From assembly GCA_951406725.2 (NCBI GenBank), contig OX597814.1, positions 37,076,001 to 37,140,000 of the forward strand: a stretch of 64,000 nt of DNA. Direction: 5' to 3'. Position numbers and translations under genes: made by a program. The first letter of the stretch is position 1; every line of letters begins with the position of its first letter. This document shows, in pieces, positions 11,800 through 24,950 of the stretch. The notes beneath the pieces were generated by a model that saw only the letters and a list, made by a program, of their open reading frames with translations, was not told the DNA's origin and made no database searches. This DNA is from Octopus vulgaris. Taxonomy: Eukaryota.

Positions 11800-12380
11800 A
11801 CCATCTCTGATACACCTCCCGAACAAGTAGAGCATTTTTTCCTATCTAGGTAGCATTTTATCAAACAAGTCTACTTCAGACAGTGGTGTGAAACACAGAA
11901 TTGGAGCAACACATGGAGGTTTTTGGAAACGCGTCTTCTTAACGTGACAATGAAACTTATGGTCTATAGTGCTGACATTATTTCAACCTTGCTATATGGC
12001 TGGGAAATAAAGAGTCTATATCGTCGCGACATCCAAAACGTGGAACGTTTTCAGCAACAAAATTTCATTTCATATCGAGTATCAAATTGTAACATTATGT
12101 GACCAACAACAAAGTCCTGCAATGAGCTAACATCCAGAGTGTCGAGTTGCTGATCATGAAACGTCGTCGATGATCTGAACACGTAGGAAGGCTAAAGGAG
12201 GCAGATTTCCCACGTGAAGTCTTATTCAGTGACTTCACTTGAAGGAAAAAGAACACGAGGCTGTTCTCTTCGAAGGTGCAAGGACTAACTGAAAGCAACG
12301 ACATCACTATAAGCGAAGCGTTCAACAAAGAAGAAACTAAATTCTCAGATACGATATAAAAGCCGACCACGACGAATTGT
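11800..12380 (+). mobile_element. RTE-clade LINE RT C-terminal fragment, decayed
   Basis: Translated pieces FSYLGSILS, VKHRIG, KLMVYSA..STLLYG.E, LYRRDIQNVERFQQ, VTNNKVL, typical of the RTE/BovB RT thumb region. Confidence 0.8.
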
Positions 12381-13389
12381 TTCAGAAATACATAGATTTT
12401 TAAGATGACAGATTCGCAGGTGTTGCACTAGTGGCTAGACACCGCTAATGAATATGATATAATAACCTCTAGACACTAATAGAAGTAAAAGCACTGTAGG
12501 TTACGTATATTTTAGTTAGCGGTTATAAGGATATTAGAGAGATGCAGGGCGAGAGCGATAGATATACCCAATGCGGAAAAATTTATAGTGGCACACCTTT
12601 TGATAACTAAAACAAATCCAACGAACCTATCGGGATTAAGAGGGGCCGTTTTATTTGACGTTTACTTTTCATATTTTAAGTAACCTTGGTAGAACGATGA
12701 TAACAGAGGCAAAGCATTCACTCATAGTTTGACACAGCTAATACATAATAGGTTTTGTTGAATCTGTATGTATAGCGGTCACCTTTTACAATTTCGTTTT
12801 ATAGTCATCTTAATCATATAACTGATCAGTGTCCTTGATATAATTATTATTACCATCATTTCGCTCTTTACGTCTTACATTTTTAAAAGATATGTACCAC
12901 TTAGATATTTTGTGGCGGTTATTAGTAACATTTCCTTTTGTTGTTTACCCCAGGGTTTATTCAGTAGACCTATGAATAATGTCAGCCCAGTTGAAGCCAT
13001 ACGGTATTTTTCACACAGTGTCTTCCCTAATATATGAAGATAGCAGTGTCTTACTTCTGAGACATTTTGGTATTGCAGATAGGATGAGCCGGGGTTCGTA
13101 CTTTTGTCTTTTTTTTTGTTATTATTGAAAGGTTCATTGTGCTACGTTTTGGTTCCAGTAAATATTTTATTCTCTTGTGTTTCTATTTCTTATTTTGGAT
13201 GACTTGCACGATCATATTCATTTTCATTTTTGACATATTTTCCAAATTCCAATACTCTTGTGCAGGGATATAAAGCGAATTAAGAATGAAGAAAATTACC
13301 GCGCTAAAATGTTTTCGAAGTAAAACATTTCTTCAGCAGCTAGTATGAAATCAGATTTTGCTTTCGAAATATAGTAACATAATTTTAGC

Positions 13390-13613
13390 GCAAAGATAAT
13401 ATTTATATATTCTCACAATGACTTTGGTGCGCTAGCTTCTTTGGGTATTGACCTTCAAAAGTGGTTGGAAAAGATAAGTATGAAAATTAAAATAGCATAC
13501 ATCCAGAAAACAACTTTACTTGAGAGAGCATCGAGTTGCCTCGAAGTCCTCAAGATTAGGAAAGAACATGCCGCTATAGTTCAAAAGAAATGCACAACTA
13601 ACTACTGCAACAA
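13390..13613 (+). mobile_element. R4/Dong-like LINE 3' end remnant
   Basis: FGALASLGIDLQKWLEKISMKIKIAYIQKTTLL resembles the RLE-element C-terminus; (ATG)n/(AAT)n follows. Confidence 0.65.
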
Positions 13614-13758
13614 ATGAGTATCTTCTATATTTTAATGATGATGATTATTTTGTTGCTTATGATGATGATTAGGATGATGATGATGATGATGATGACGACG
13701 AAGACGACGACCACATCTTGCACCACTACTAGTACTACCCACACCACCACAACAACAA
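13614..13758 (+). repeat. Copy 2 of the ~150-bp direct duplication, followed by (AAT)n to ~13887
   Basis: Near identical to 11586-11737. Confidence 0.92.
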
Positions 13759-13817
13759 TAACGACATTGATAATAATAATAGTAATGATGATGATAATAA
13801 TATTCATAATAATAAGA

Positions 13818-13890
<73 letters not shown>

Positions 13891-14801
13891 AGATTATGAT
13901 GATGGTTTCAAATTTTGGCACAAGACCGGCAATTTTAATTAATGGCAGTGGGTGAGCCGACAGCATCCACTCCACAACTTTAATGGTACTTTATCCACTC
14001 TGTGGTATTTAACACTCACACACACGTATACACAGAGAGAAACAAAAAGAATCCTTGTCATTCATTTCTTTATTTTGCATAAGCACAAAAAAGCTGATGA
14101 CATTTAAATTATAACTACTATTTTATATTATGATTCATACGGAATTATATCACCAACATTATTCGCCATGTAACGGGTCGATATATATATTTATTTATAT
14201 ATATATGGTATTTTTATATAAGCTTAAAGCTTATGGCGATCACCGTTCAATGACTAAGGAAAACAGTCTAATAAAGGGGCATATGAACCTCCGACAGAAA
14301 AAAAAGAAAGCTTTTCTATGCACGTGGGAGTCGAACCCACATCCCTTTGTTAACGCGACTAAATTTGGACAAATATGTGCAAATTAGACACATATATATC
14401 TGAGTTTATGTTTCCCTCACACTCCATCAGCTTTGATCAACCATTGCTCCAAATTACTCCCCAGACCATCACAGAGTAGCTGCCATGTTACCTTGTTGGC
14501 TGCAATCTTTTCATATCAAATTCGTGATGACAGAGTCTACAGACCCACACTTGACAACGGTCAGGAAATACAGAGAATCTTCACTGAACAGAGAATATGA
14601 CAGTGTCCCAAAATACATCTCACTGGCCCAATCTTTACTCCAGTTGATGTTGGATGGTCGAAGAAGTGGGTACCTTTTTGCTGCTCTGATATAAGGATAT
14701 ATTTGTTAATTATATACGGATATATACATACTAAAGGCTGTGCCGCAGCACGGCAAAGTCAACTGACGGAAACAAGTAAAATAATAAAAATATTATATTT
14801 A

Positions 14802-14908
<107 letters not shown>

Positions 14909-14929
14909 ATATGTAGTATGTATATCTAT

Positions 14930-14970
<41 letters not shown>

Positions 14971-15006
14971 AGTTCTAGTCTCTCTCTCTCTCTCTCTGAG
15001 AGTTAA

Positions 15007-15047
<41 letters not shown>

Positions 15048-15089
15048 TCAGAATCGGTTGAAAGCCGTGCGTACAGATAGTATATCTAT

Positions 15090-15214
<125 letters not shown>

Positions 15215-15277
15215 ATATATATATAGACGCATAGACGCACACGCACACACACATTTATATGCATACATAAACACATA

Positions 15278-15845
15278 CGAGGTATTTTCCAGGGGTTTTC
15301 AGACATTTTTCTGCAGAAACACGTATTCATTTCGAATGTGTTCACAACTGTAATCCCCACCAAATTAAAGCATTCTAACTTCAATACCCTTGTAATAGCG
15401 CCCTAGCCATTTCCTGAATATTCCATGGATGCCCTCCAGATAGGCGTCCAAGTCATTTGCCACAGCCTCAATCTTCTCCATATCTTCGAATCGACTTCCT
15501 TGAGGTTCTCTTTCAGATTGGGGAATAACCAAACGCTATTGGGAGCAAGGTCTGGACTGAAAAGGAGGTGAGGGAAAGTTTAAATGCCCACCTCTGTCAA
15601 GTAGCTGGTTACCAGGATGGTCTTGTGACAACTTTTATTCAGTAGGCCGTGGCAAGCAATGTTTAGTTGTGTGTGTTCAAAGTATTGTTACAACCGATTC
15701 TTTCAATAGGGAATTAAAATGTCTGCAGATTGGCTTATACAAAGTAAATTAATGACATACCGAAAATACATTAATAAAATACACTAATCTGTCATAAATA
15801 ACTGCATCTCCAAAAATGGTCTCAAAACTTCAGGAAATCAACTCG
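15278..15845 (-). mobile_element. Internally deleted mariner element
   Basis: Degenerate TIRs CGAGGTATTTTCCAGGGGTTTTCAGAC / GTCTCAAAACTTCAGGAAATCAACTCG with TA at the left end. Minus-strand translation includes FSPDLAPNSVWLFPNLKENL and SRFEDM. Confidence 0.85.
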
Positions 15846-16257
15846 TGTATATATATATGTGTGTATTAATATCTATATAGGTATACATACATTCATATAT
15901 ATGTATCTGTATGTGTGTGTGTGTGTGTGTAAGTAATATCTAAAAATCCAATTTAGTGAGTAGACTTCAACATGTAGTATCCAAACTTTGTTTTGCGTGT
16001 GATCATTGTAGTATACCTTGAGCGCATGTACACCAATTACGGCTACTAGACGTCATCCGCGGAATTGCCCTTCATCGGAAGACCTGCGTACGGAACTCCT
16101 CGGTGTGTTTTTAAATGATTGGTTGGGAAGTCAGTGAGTACTATCAGCTTCATTTAGCACCACTATCGTGGTGCTAAATGAAACTTACAGTACACTCTGC
16201 CTTCCCTATCAATCATTGAAATATATATATATATACATACACCCACACATATATATA

Positions 16258-16335
<78 letters not shown>

Positions 16336-16364
16336 GGAGAGACAGAGAGAGACAGAGAGAGACA

Positions 16365-16475
16365 GACAAACAAGTACAAGGTTTACAAAGAATAAGTCCT
16401 GGGGTCGATTTGTTCGACTAAAGGCGGTGCTCCAGCATGACCGCAGTCAAATGACTGAAACAAATACAAGAATAT
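16365..16475 (+). mobile_element. SINE family B 3' tail
   Basis: AAGAATAAGTCCTGGGGTCGATTTGTTCGACTAAAGGCGGTGCTCCAGCATG...TGACTGAAACAA. Confidence 0.85.
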
Positions 16476-16646
16476 AAGAATATATATATAAATAAAAGAA
16501 CATACATATATACATATATATATACACACACGCACATACATATGTTATAATATAGAATATTTTTACAAATTCATATAATCTTACTCTGCGAGCAGATATT
16601 CACAATCGTAAACAAATTTTGTATTACAATCGGTGTCCGTTGTGTG

Positions 16647-16688
<42 letters not shown>

Positions 16689-19176
16689 GAAGAAAGAGTG
16701 GAAGGTAGAGAGTGTATGTGTGAGTGTATTTGCACAGCGCGTGTTTGGCCATGTGAATATGTTTGTAAAATATGAGTGTTTTAAATCGTTTCAGTTCTTC
16801 GCTAAATACTTGCGATTCGTATACTGATATAATGGATGTTTTTTTTTTATTTCTGTAGAATATATTTGGCCCATGTTCTTTGAAACAGCCAATCTATGCT
16901 TTCTTGCATCGTCTCAAATAATTAACGTTTACTATGTTTGCTTTAACAACATCACGCCCAACTTTATGATGATACTATCATCCAAACTGTGCGAAAGATA
17001 TCCTTTAACTGTAATTATTTCTCTTTCACCAATTTCTTAATCAGGAACATTTGTTACGTATTTTCCTTTTGTTTCTCATTCTGTTTGTAAAATATGTAGG
17101 TGAAGTCTCATTAAATCAAATATCACCTAAGTGATATGGAATACAAAGCAATCATGAACGAGGCGATGCGTTATATATGTATATATGCACTTCCAATCCA
17201 TTGCAAAGAAAAGTCTCCTTATTATTAAATTTGTTTCTCATACCTGCAATACTTAACTTCATCTTCTATGAACATCATTAAGAATACCAACAATAATATC
17301 AATGTTCCCTCTTCGGAAACAGCATCTTGAAATATATTTTTATTACTTGTCTTTCGAGGTTGTTGTTAGCATCCAATTTAAAATGATATATCAAATTCTT
17401 ACATTAAATCATTTAGTTCATATTACGATTCTTTGCAAAAAGTTTATACACCATTTTAAACATTTTCTATATAACGACCTTACAATTACTATTTATTGAA
17501 ACTACAGTTACAATTACGCCTAAGTATGCCAAGTATTCCAATATTTAAGTATTATAGGATACTTATGTTATTCAGAAGAGGAGTACTAGTTCTGGGAAAG
17601 TGAATTCTACATATTGTATCATATTATGTGAATAACCACTTGATATCATTTACATTTCAGATAGGCCTACAACTACTATATCGTTTGTATACTGTCAAGT
17701 AGTAATCATACCCAGAGACGTTATGTGGTATACATTGTCACAACAATAACTTAAAAACCACAATTTGTCAACTGCATCTGATGGGAGATGAGATTTTTAG
17801 ATTAAAATTCTTGTAGTATGTATTTTCAAAAATATATCTTACTGTTCTGAAATTAAATGTCTTCTAAAATATGCACTTATAATAAACAGCCTTATGTTAT
17901 TGATATATTATAATTCAATGATACAACAGAATCCATCGAACATGCGATTCATAGAAATTTTGAATATTCACATGTGTTTTGTGAAAAGTAATTATACACA
18001 TCACTCATAGTGTCATTACAGTAATGTATAAGCGCGATATAAAAGTATAGTCTACTTTCCCAGCGCTATACATTCTATACATATCAAATGAACATATAAA
18101 GACATGCTGAATAAACAAATTTCAACTATGATATTTTTGATTGCTGTCAGTATCCGGATATCAGTTCATTCGGGCAACATTCGACATAATATTTTGTCAT
18201 TAACATCACAAAAACTTATACTTCGCCCAACGAACACTTATGTCGTTGAGTGAAATACTTGCCATCTGAATCTTCACATTGTGTTGAAAACTAGATCTAT
18301 ATAATTAACATTCATAATTTTCGACCCAATTATTAATAATTAGCGAGTGTTTTTAATACGACGATCACAGAGATACAAATGACCGCAACAGATTATAACG
18401 TCTTAGTTTGCAATACAGAGTTGAATGAATCTAGGGATTATGAACAAATAGAGGGTAGAGGGACGTAGAGAAAGAAAGATTATGAAACAGAGAGATACAA
18501 ATAGAGGGGAGTGACAGAGAGAGGCAGACACTGATGGCTTCAGTTAAGCTGAGTTAGCACGCTCTCAGGATGAAAATATATAAGACGGGATTTCAGCCGT
18601 ATTTCTATGAAGGTATGTTTGAAATGAGTTACTATCAATATTATCATTTACCACACAGTTATTCTATTCTTATAATAGTTCTCCTGTTGTCATGCATTGG
18701 AAGCACTTATAGACAGCATTATTTGAAACAAGTATAATCTAGATAGTCGATATTATGCGCATTTAGATAAACTAATTCAAATATGACTGACATAGGGATG
18801 ATTTCGCTTTGCAAAATGAGCAGAATAAAATTATATTTATGCAACAATGATGCCTCTCCCATGACGAATTTAAAACATATAATCTGTTGTATCATATATA
18901 CGTGCGTATGTGTGTTTATGTGAGTGTGTGTATATATGTGTTTGAATATGTGGGTGTAGGGATTTATAAATATAGATATAGGAATGTATGTATATATGAA
19001 TGTATGTATGTGTGTATGTATATGTCCGAATAATCTTACTAATTCGCTCTCTTTCTCAGTAATTACGTATATATATATTTATATTTATATATGTATATGT
19101 GTGTATACATATACATATCCATATATATATATATATAACAAAAAACAAAATACCAACTCTCGCACCCATATATATA

Positions 19177-19262
<86 letters not shown>

Positions 19263-19961
19263 TATATATATATGTATATATTATAATATGTAATATGATT
19301 TATTGATAATCCATTCATGAATATATGTGCGTTGTTGTTTAGAAGTGCTTATGCATATACGAGTGTGTTGCATACAAATTTCTCTTTTATTGCGGTTAGT
19401 GCTATTTATGGGTAGGAAAATTTCCCACATTACTTTTCGCCAACATTCTCCAATTTCAGCCTTGGGAAATCATAATTTCTTTCTTGAAGGCAATATAAAT
19501 ACATTCACATATACATACATAAATACCTATATACACATTATCATTTTAGCACATATCCATAGAATCACAATCACACGAATAATAGACAAACAAACCCAAA
19601 ATGTGCACACTCAAACATACATAATTTCATCGTGTGATTAATGCCAGTGAAGTATGAATTTGATAAATATCTAACAAAAGAATTGAGTGAGTCTACCTAT
19701 TCTATCGAAGTATTACTGAATAATAGACTTATAGTGACTTAGATACGTAACTGTTCGCACTATTGACATTCGTATGTCAAATTATGTCCTTTTTCCTAAC
19801 TTTCTGAATTCATTTGACGATTGTTCCGTTGTTCTTGTAGCGAATCTTTACAAATTGTGTTTGGTAACGTTATACAATTTCCGTTCACAATTTTTATCAA
19901 TGGCATTCTTTTGATCAAAGCCAAGCAAATGGATGTATATATTCGAAAATGTGTGTGTGTG

Positions 19962-20005
<44 letters not shown>

Positions 20006-21130
20006 CATACACACAGAATCTTTGTATATTTATAGTAATTCATTTATTCACTTTTTGTTTTTGTGTGAAGGTAGATTTACTTCCCTTATGAATATCGATC
20101 AGTTTTGTAGGGCCATTAAATGGAAATGACAAACAGCGAGGCTGCAGCTACAGCGATAATAGTTGTTCCATTTAACAATTTAGGTGTCTCAATGTATGCG
20201 TCGTACTGAAGATGCTACAAAATTACGTACATTATCTCTTAGACATTGTGAGGAAATCTACAATAGTTCGATAGATATCTCTAACAATGAAGGTAGTTAT
20301 GATATAATGGTATTCCTTCGAAGGGTTTGACTTTTAGCTCACGTACTTGGCTTTACACGCATTTCATATGCTGCATAGTGTATTAAAATCCCCTGGACAT
20401 ATATTCGTAAATAAGTCACAGGTAAAAGCGGATACGTCTTTAAGTTGAATATTATCAGTCATTATATATCCTCATGGACATTGACCAATTTGCATATCTG
20501 CTTTATAGAATCACGTCTCCAGATGCTCAACAAAAATCTGAAGATTCTGAATCAGTGTTGCCCAGATAATATCCAAAAATCACTTTCTTGTATTCTAGAT
20601 CATAGATTTATACTATTGCGCCATACAACAAACACCAACCGAATCACTTTTATCTCGGTCTCATCTTTTCAAGCACAACACCACACCCAGTTCTTCAAAA
20701 CATGTTTTTTTTTCGTATTCCACATATAACACTTTCTTTTATACATAAACCCAGCGAATTATAAAGCATTTAATTAAAACAATACAGACGTGTTACAATC
20801 CAACAAGTACCGAATCGCACATAACTATAACATAAAAGATAATCTGTAATCCATGTAAATTCTGCGATTATTTCACTGATTTTTCACATCTGAAATATAG
20901 CGAAGATAATTGATAATGACAACCGCTTTAATCTCTTTGAAACTTAGCACTCTCATAAAAAAAAAAAAAATGCAGGTCTTCTTTCGTCGGACATATCAAG
21001 TGTTTCGAGTTTTGCTGAAGTTGCAATCTCTAAGACATATCCAAAAATACAGCAGCAGTACTTTACTCCAAAAGTCGCACACACACAAATAAAAATCTTC
21101 TTGAATTTTTTCCGTACATTTCAGCAATAT

Positions 21131-21262
21131 ACGAGAGTCGACTAAATACTTCATAGACTGACCAAGATACACACATGACCAAATATGGTTTATTTTCCAA
21201 CATAGTCCCTCTTGCAGGCCGCATACTTCTTTCATCGGTGTTGCAGTTCCTAGATCCCATTG
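21131..21262 (-). mobile_element. Mariner 3' end fragment
   Basis: TA-CGAG terminus. The minus strand encodes a decayed LQHR*KK...GDYV.K* type mariner C-terminus. Confidence 0.65.
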
Positions 21263-21270
21263 CTCTAAAA

Positions 21271-21375
21271 CAGTGGTACACAAAGTGGGTGGTACCGCCC
21301 CACTGGAGCCGGTGGAAAGATCCAGAGGCCATTGAAGAAAAATGGGGCGATAATGGGGTGACCAAAACCAGGGAA
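21271..21375 (+). mobile_element. hAT (Charlie-like) element terminus
   Basis: CAGTGGTACACAAAGTGGGTGGTACCGCCCC preceded by ctctaaaa, which fits the NTCTARAN Charlie-type target. Confidence 0.6.
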
Positions 21376-21389
21376 TTTTATCGAGGTGG

Positions 21390-22300
21390 CCTTTCTTGTA
21401 TTCCTTGAAGAAATTTGACCAGATAGCGCTTAAAGGTGATGGCGTCCTTTTCTTCTTTGATCTGTTTCGGGACAATATTAAATACGGCAGGGCTTGTTGA
21501 GGAAAAAACATTGTGTTGCAGTATATTTATGTGTTGCGATCCTGAATAGTGTAGGGGACTATAGCCGTGGTACTAGCCTTGACTTTGAAGCTAATTTTGA
21601 GGGCGTTTGGGCAAATGTTGTATCGTTTACGGCGGTACTGGAGAGAATAGAGTCTCAGTGCTTTAAGGCGGTCCCAATAATCAAAATCAGTATTGCCCTT
21701 AATCCTTTCAGTGAATGTCCTCTGGGGTGATACAATTTTTGAAATGTCTTGTTTTGTATGGAGAGGCCACAGAGAGTAGCAGTATTCGAGGTGTAGTCGT
21801 ACAAAGCAGGAGAAAAGAGTAAAGATGATTCCTTGTTCTCTGGGTCGGAAGTTTCTTAGGAATCAGGAGCTCAACTTACGAACTATATCGACCTTATTGT
21901 TGATGTGGGCACTTCATCTGAGATTGTTGTCAGCATTTACTCTTAGGTCTCTGATATTATTAGATGCTAAGTGTGATTCCTTTGAAAGAAGAAAGTATGG
22001 CTGGTTTAGCATAGTCTTTCTTCCAAAAGGCATCAGCTCAAATTTTCCCTTGTTGAGTTGCATTTTGCTTTTGTCGGCCAATTGACTAACTGCATGTAGA
22101 TCAGAGTTGAATCTGTTCTTCGTCATTCATAATTTTCTGGAGCTTGAAGTCGTCAGCGAATATTTTCACTTTGCTGTGTTTTATGACGCTGGAAAGGTCG
22201 TTTATATAGACTATAAAGAGAAGTGGGCCCAAGAGAGTACCCTCAGGGACACCACTACTGACTTTGGAGTCTACTGCAACTCTTCTGGTCGGCCTACTTG
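21390..22300 (-). mobile_element. CR1/L2-group LINE reverse transcriptase fragment, decayed
   Basis: Minus strand SGVPEGTLLGPLLFIVYINDL, FADDFKL, DLHAVSQLADKSKMQLNKGKF, IRDLRV, FVRLHLEYCYSLW. Confidence 0.9.
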
Positions 22301-22628
22301 TTTCAGTTGGTATATGTTGGCATAATCGTTGCTTTCAGTTCATATCTGGTGTTAGAAGTTTTGTTAGTCCCTCGCTCAACTGCGCCCCACATCTAATAAT
22401 CAAGAGGGCTGTGGTCTGGTGAGTTAAGTAGCCATAATGTAAGGGTGATATTTTGGCAGAAATGACTGCATGTTTGGTTTTTATGACTCTTGGTACATGT
22501 TTTGGGGTCATGGTAAGCCAACTGTTGTTCTGTTTGTTTACTATCTGTTTACTATCGTATTGTAGCATCAGGCACGAATGCCAAGCAGTAGAGCATGTCG
22601 TTTACAAATTTGTGGCAGAGTGAACTGC

Positions 22629-22690
22629 ATCATGGTGCTACTTCTCTCACAAACGTTGCCCAACGTTTGTGAGAGAAGCAGCACCATGAT
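22629..22690. other. Near-perfect 30-bp-arm palindrome/hairpin
   Basis: atcatggtgctacttctctcacaaacgttg-cc-caacgtttgtgagagaagcagcaccatgat; one mismatch, which is a G:U pair on the minus strand. Confidence 0.95.
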
Positions 22691-22771
22691 CCTACTATAC
22701 TAAATCAAAGAAAAAAAATGGCCATTCGCGAAATGGAGAATATGAAATGGCAACCATTTACTCATCGCACG

Positions 22772-22842
<71 letters not shown>

Positions 22843-22881
22843 AATTTGTGCATGTATATGTGTGTATGTATATCTATTTAT

Positions 22882-22931
<50 letters not shown>

Positions 22932-22964
22932 GTCTGTCTTTCTGTCTCTCTCTCTCTATCTATC

Positions 22965-23024
<60 letters not shown>

Positions 23025-23025
<1 letters not shown>

Positions 23026-23190
23026 GACAAGCTTTTTTCAGTTTCTGCGTAACAAATCCACTCTGAACGCTTTGGTCGACCTGAAGCTATAATAGAAGAC
23101 ACTTGCCTAAGGTTTCACGCAGTTAGTCTGAACATGGAAACGTGTGACTGGGAAGCAAGCGCCTTAACGTACAGCCAATATTGCGCCTTC
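23025..23190 (-). mobile_element. SINE family B 5' half
   Basis: gacaagcttttttcagttt...aaatccactc...agaagacacttgcctaagg matches 7327-7480. Confidence 0.85.
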
Positions 23191-23224
23191 ATATACATAT
23201 ATATAATTTTTATTGTTTAATTCT

Positions 23225-23860
23225 TTTACTTGTTATAGTCATTTTGAATGTGGCCAGGCTGGAGCAAATCCCTTTAGTCGAAGAAATCGACTGTTGGACT
23301 TGTTCTTCGTAAGACTGGTACATATTCTATCGGTCTTTTTTGCAGCGCCGCTAAATTACAGGGACGTAGACACAACAAGATCGGTTGTCAAGCGATGGTG
23401 GAGGGGCAAATACAACAACAAACACACAAATATATCGTGGGACTCCGTCGATCAAGGGAACAACCTGCTCGTGAAATTAACGTGTAAGTGGCTGAGCACT
23501 CCACATACTCGTGTACCCTTAACGTAGGCTGGCCTTTTGAAAAAGAGGTACAAGAGAAACAGGAAGGAAGAGTGAGAGAAAGTTGAGGTGAAAAAGTACG
23601 GCAAGGTCCGCCACCACCGCCTGCAGGAGCCTTGTGAAGCTTTTTAGGTGTTTTCGGTCAATAAACACACACAACGCCCGGTCTGGAAATCGAAACCACG
23701 ATTCTACAACTGCGAGTCCGCTCCTCTAACCACTGGGTCATTGCGCCTCCACACTCAAATATCTGCATATAGATAAACGGAACACTTCTTTGAGTTTCCG
23801 TCTACCAAGTCCACTCACAAGATTTTGGCCGGCTCGAGGCAACAGTAGAAGACACTGCGA
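23225..23860 (-). mobile_element. SINE family B interrupted by a family C SINE
   Basis: Family B tail at 23225-23430 resumes at ~23785-23855; a different tRNA-derived SINE occupies ~23435-23752. Confidence 0.8.
23435..23752 (-). mobile_element. tRNA-derived SINE family C
   Basis: Minus-strand head GTGGAGGCGCAATGACCCAGTGGTTAGAG...GGTTTCGATTTCC (A and B boxes). Its tail is shared with 53315-53640. Confidence 0.8.
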
Positions 23861-24853
23861 TTTTTCAGTAAAAAAACAGATAATGACCTGACAAACGAAA
23901 ATAAGGTTTTAGTTGGGTATTTTTTCTCACTTTCACGAAGATATTCATATATACGTAGAAACTTACACAGACAAAGGCATACACAGACACACACATGCGT
24001 GTGTGCATGTGTGTACGCGCATGCGTGCCGGTGTGGGTGTGTTTGCGAATATATAATTTTGCAATGGTGTTATTACACTTCAAAATTTAGTAGAAAATCA
24101 CTGTATTTTAGAAAAGATTGTAAACGAATACGTAACATATTATCTTTCAATGTGACATCTTAACAAACAAGTATAATGATTTCCTTAAAGAAAGAAAAAA
24201 AGCTTTTCAGCCAACATCGAAATGAAAATAAATAAACATTTGAATATAATAGCTGCGATTCTTCTAATTTCAAAAGTTTCTATTGATATTCAGAATAATC
24301 TTTTATATTGGCAATATAATTTTAAAAGCGTTTCGTTGTATCGTTTCTTTCATTGCACGTCATTATTTATATCAGAGGGCATGAAAAAAGGCGACCGAAT
24401 AGTTTCTTATCGTAAAGCTATTAACAATTTTACAATATTAATAAAATTCGATAGATCTATTGTTACTTTTGTTGTTACTCCACTAGAATTATGAGTAGTA
24501 GTAGGTTTTGTGGCTCTTCTTGATGTGAAGTTTCAAATCATGTTTTAGTTAATTTTCTATTAACTTCTTTTCACCTCGTCAAGTTTTATTGTAAATTTGG
24601 AAATGTTAGACTCATTGCCTTGTACCATGTTCTATTGTACAAGAGTATATATGCGGCTAATTTTCCAATACCAAGTTTTATTGTTCTTTCGAAAATGTGA
24701 GATTCCTTATCTCATTGTGCTGGTGAAAATTTTAAATGCAATTTTTTTAAAGGTTTTATTGTATTGCCCTATACGTGCTGCTCACTTTCTGGTGCCAGAT
24801 TTATTGATTCTCCCAATGAGTATGAATAACCAATACGGCTACTTTCCTACATA

Positions 24854-24909
<56 letters not shown>

Positions 24910-24911
24910 CA

Positions 24912-24950
<39 letters not shown>

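Noticed and set aside
13614-13975. Poly-I/M/T ORFs resembling membrane or mucin proteins (also 11553-11795, 26012-26384, 27061-27321, 48518-48907)
   Set aside because: Trinucleotide microsatellite read-through with no splice context or domain.
16030-16085. Minus-strand CCGAUGA-AGGGC...GCC-GUAA hammerhead-like string
   Set aside because: GAAA is broken and no stem I/III can be built; at best a dead relic.
23690-23752. tRNA-like sequence
   Set aside because: It is the head of a SINE that continues into a body and tail; no full cloverleaf, so not called a tRNA gene.
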